Assembly (NCBI GenBank): GCA_022647725.1
Contig: JALCLG010000001.1
Coordinates: 66,931-130,930, forward strand
Source of the DNA: Bacilli bacterium
GTDB lineage: Bacteria; Bacillota_I; Bacilli_A; RFN20; CAG-288
Direction of reading: 5' to 3'
Length of the DNA: 64,000 nucleotides
Shown here in pieces: positions 62,034 to 64,000 of this stretch; positions within the stretch are counted from its first letter, which is position 1; every line of letters begins with the position of its first letter. The position numbers and the translations under genes are program-made. Below the pieces are notes generated by a model. It made no database searches and was not told the origin of the DNA. It saw only the letters and a list, made by a program, of their open reading frames with translations.

Positions 62034-64000
62034 ATGGCTTCATTTATAGACAACAAAACCAAATTACTTGGAGATGATTTGAAAAGTGACATTACTGTTG
62101 GAAGCAAAGTGCAAATAGTTGCTTCTTATTTTTCAATCTACGCTTACCAAGCATTAAAAGAAGCCCTAAAAGATATTAATGAGTTTGATTTCATCTTCTC
62201 TGAGCCCACATTTGTTGAAAATGAGATAAAGGGCTCTTTTAAGAAAGAAGCAAAAGAATTTTTCATCCCAAAGCAATTCAGAGAAAACGCCTTATATGGA
62301 ACCGAGTTTGAGATAAAACTTAGAAACCAAATGACGCAAAAGGCTATAGCGAAAGAATGCGCCGACTGGATTAAAGAAAAAGCGCATTTTAAGTCAAATA
62401 CATCCGATTCTAAGTTGCCCAATTTTATATCTGTTGATAATGGAATATCTAAAGCGGCTTATACAGGAATAGAAGGACTAAGTGCTTCTGATCTTGGGTA
62501 TGAACATAACGATAATCTTTATACAATCATTCAAAAAAGTGAAAATGATGAAACATCAAAGCATTTGTTTGAGTTATTTAATAAATTAAATCAGGATTCA
62601 CAGACTTTTAAGGATGTAACAGATTCTATAGTTGATTACATTTCTAATGTTTATAAAGAGAATCCGCCTTCCTTCATTTATTTTGTTACTCTTTATAATA
62701 TTTTCTCTGAATTTTTAGATGACTTGTTAAGTGAAGATTATATGCCTAATGACTTAACAAATTACAAAGATTCGATTGTTTGGAAAAAGCTATATGCGTT
62801 TCAAAGGGATGGAGCAGTTGGAGTAATAAACAAATTAGAAAAATACAACGGTTGCATTCTTGCTGATTCTGTTGGCTTAGGAAAAACTTTCACTGCTTTA
62901 GCAGTAATGAAATATTATTCAAATCGAAATAAGAATATTTTAGTTCTTGCCCCAAAAAGACTATCTGATAACTGGGCTCAGTATAAAAACAATGTTAAAA
63001 CAAACCTTTTCTATAATGACCATATTAGGTTTGATCTTCTTTATCACACTGATTTAGGGAGAAAAACCGGCAAGTCTGGTGACATCGATTTATCACAATT
63101 CAATTGGGGCAATTATGACTTAATTGTTATCGATGAGTCTCATAATTTCAGAAATGTCGGGCAATATAGAGATAGAGAGACAAGATACGATTTTCTCTTA
63201 AAGCATGTTATTGAGGAAGGCGTGAAAACAAAAGTGTTAATGCTTTCCGCCACCCCTGTAAACAACAGGTTTACGGATTTAAAAAACCAGTTGGCTTTAG
63301 CTTATGGCGAAAATCCAACCGAATTTGACGATAAACTTGATACCGCTAAAGGTGTTGACCTTGTTTTAAGAAATGCTCAAAGGGTGTTTAATGAATGGAG
63401 CAAATTGCCAAAAGCACAGCGTCATTCCAAAGACCTAATGGATAGATTAGATATTGATTTTTCAATCTTATTAGACAATGTGACAATCGCAAGAAGCAGA
63501 AAACATATTACCAAATACTATGATATGTCTGAAATTGGCAGCTTCCCAAAAAGGAAAACGCCTATTTCCTATTATATTGATGTTGCCGATAGAAGCGAGA
63601 CAATTGGATACAACGAACTGTTTGATAATTTGATGCAACTTACACAAGCTGTTTATGCTCCTATGGACTATATTCTTCCAAGCAGGTTGAAAAAATATGA
63701 AGAAAAATATGATGTTAAAGTAGGTAACGCTACTTTAAAACAAGTCAATCGTGAAAAAGCTCTTCAGCGACTTATGACAATAAATCTTTTGAAGAGACTC
63801 GAATCTTGTGTGGATTCATTTAGAATCACTCTAAAGAAAATTGCTTCCGTAAATGAAGATACTTTAAAAGCCATTCTTGCTTTCAAAAATAAAGAAAGTT
63901 TTGACCAGTCACATGATTTTTCAAACATCGATGTTGATGAATACGATAATGAAGAAGATTTCGACATCGATGAAGATAGTGGAACTTTAGGCAAAGTAAA
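62034..64000 (+). CDS. SNF2-family helicase with a ~260-aa N-terminal PLD/HKD-pattern region (3'-truncated by the window)
   Basis: Hand translation is open from ATG 62034 to the window end (655 codons) and is missing from the ORF track because it has no stop. Motif I LADSVGLGKT, motif II VIDESHNFRN, motif III LMLSATPVNN. N-terminal VQIVASYFSIY and an HFKSNTSD (HxKxxxxD) pattern. Confidence 0.8.
   Translation, partial: MASFIDNKTKLLGDDLKSDITVGSKVQIVASYFSIYAYQALKEALKDINEFDFIFSEPTFVENEIKGSFKKEAKEFFIPKQFRENALYGTEFEIKLRNQMTQKAIAKECADWIKEKAHFKSNTSDSKLPNFISVDNGISKAAYTGIEGLSASDLGYEHNDNLYTIIQKSENDETSKHLFELFNKLNQDSQTFKDVTDSIVDYISNVYKENPPSFIYFVTLYNIFSEFLDDLLSEDYMPNDLTNYKDSIVWKKLYAFQRDGAVGVINKLEKYNGCILADSVGLGKTFTALAVMKYYSNRNKNILVLAPKRLSDNWAQYKNNVKTNLFYNDHIRFDLLYHTDLGRKTGKSGDIDLSQFNWGNYDLIVIDESHNFRNVGQYRDRETRYDFLLKHVIEEGVKTKVLMLSATPVNNRFTDLKNQLALAYGENPTEFDDKLDTAKGVDLVLRNAQRVFNEWSKLPKAQRHSKDLMDRLDIDFSILLDNVTIARSRKHITKYYDMSEIGSFPKRKTPISYYIDVADRSETIGYNELFDNLMQLTQAVYAPMDYILPSRLKKYEEKYDVKVGNATLKQVNREKALQRLMTINLLKRLESCVDSFRITLKKIASVNEDTLKAILAFKNKESFDQSHDFSNIDVDEYDNEEDFDIDEDSGTLGKV

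Larger units (their letters stand above)
60695..64000. mobile_element. left end of an AT-rich genomic island inserted next to tRNA-Leu (right end outside the window)
   Basis: Sharp visible drop in G+C and a switch to A/T-ending codons exactly at the tRNA 3' end. The gene content changes to phage/defence-type. Confidence 0.55.

Overview
The window looks like about 60 kb of core chromosome from a Firmicutes/Bacillota genome, roughly half G+C by eye, standard genetic code. An Erysipelotrichia- or Mollicutes-related origin is my inference from gene order and lipoprotein content. It ends in an abrupt AT-rich accessory island. The core genes are mostly on the minus strand and are origin-proximal housekeeping types: a HAD/phosphohexomutase cluster, an EF-G2-like GTPase, mnmG, sufCDSUB, parAB, the queuosine genes tgt-queA-queH, gatCAB, ligA, a twice-frameshifted pcrA, rlmH, dnaB, rplI, gdpP, comFA/FC, cysE and hslO. 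There are also a PAS-rich hybrid histidine kinase, an AgrC/LytTR-type two-component pair, a family III CoA-transferase and an acyl-CoA ligase. Three tRNAs are present: Gln-CUG, Pro-CGG and Leu-CAA. I saw no rRNA, CRISPR array, IS element or integrase. The most interesting locus starts right after tRNA-Leu (60695 onward). Composition drops to roughly one-third G+C there. The genes switch to a double-AP2/zinc-ribbon protein, a 72-aa XRE regulator and a long ORF cut by the window edge (absent from the ORF track because it has no stop). That ORF has an HKD-pattern N-terminus and SNF2 helicase motifs, so this is a candidate defence or mobile island whose remainder lies outside the window. Other loci worth a second look:
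- pcrA broken by two frameshifts.
- A translationally coupled four-gene membrane cassette with a leaderless-type promoter.
- A protein with two OST-HTH-like repeats and a DUF3825-like C-terminus, sitting between EF-G2 and a GNAT.
- A membrane-anchored Pro/Glu/Ala/Lys-repeat protein followed by an atypical tRNA-Pro.
- A giant PrsA-like lipoprotein with a split parvulin domain.
- A half-size SufD and a ParB with a degenerate arginine patch.
- Several operator-like dyads.
All functional calls rest on motifs I read in the translations; no database search was run.
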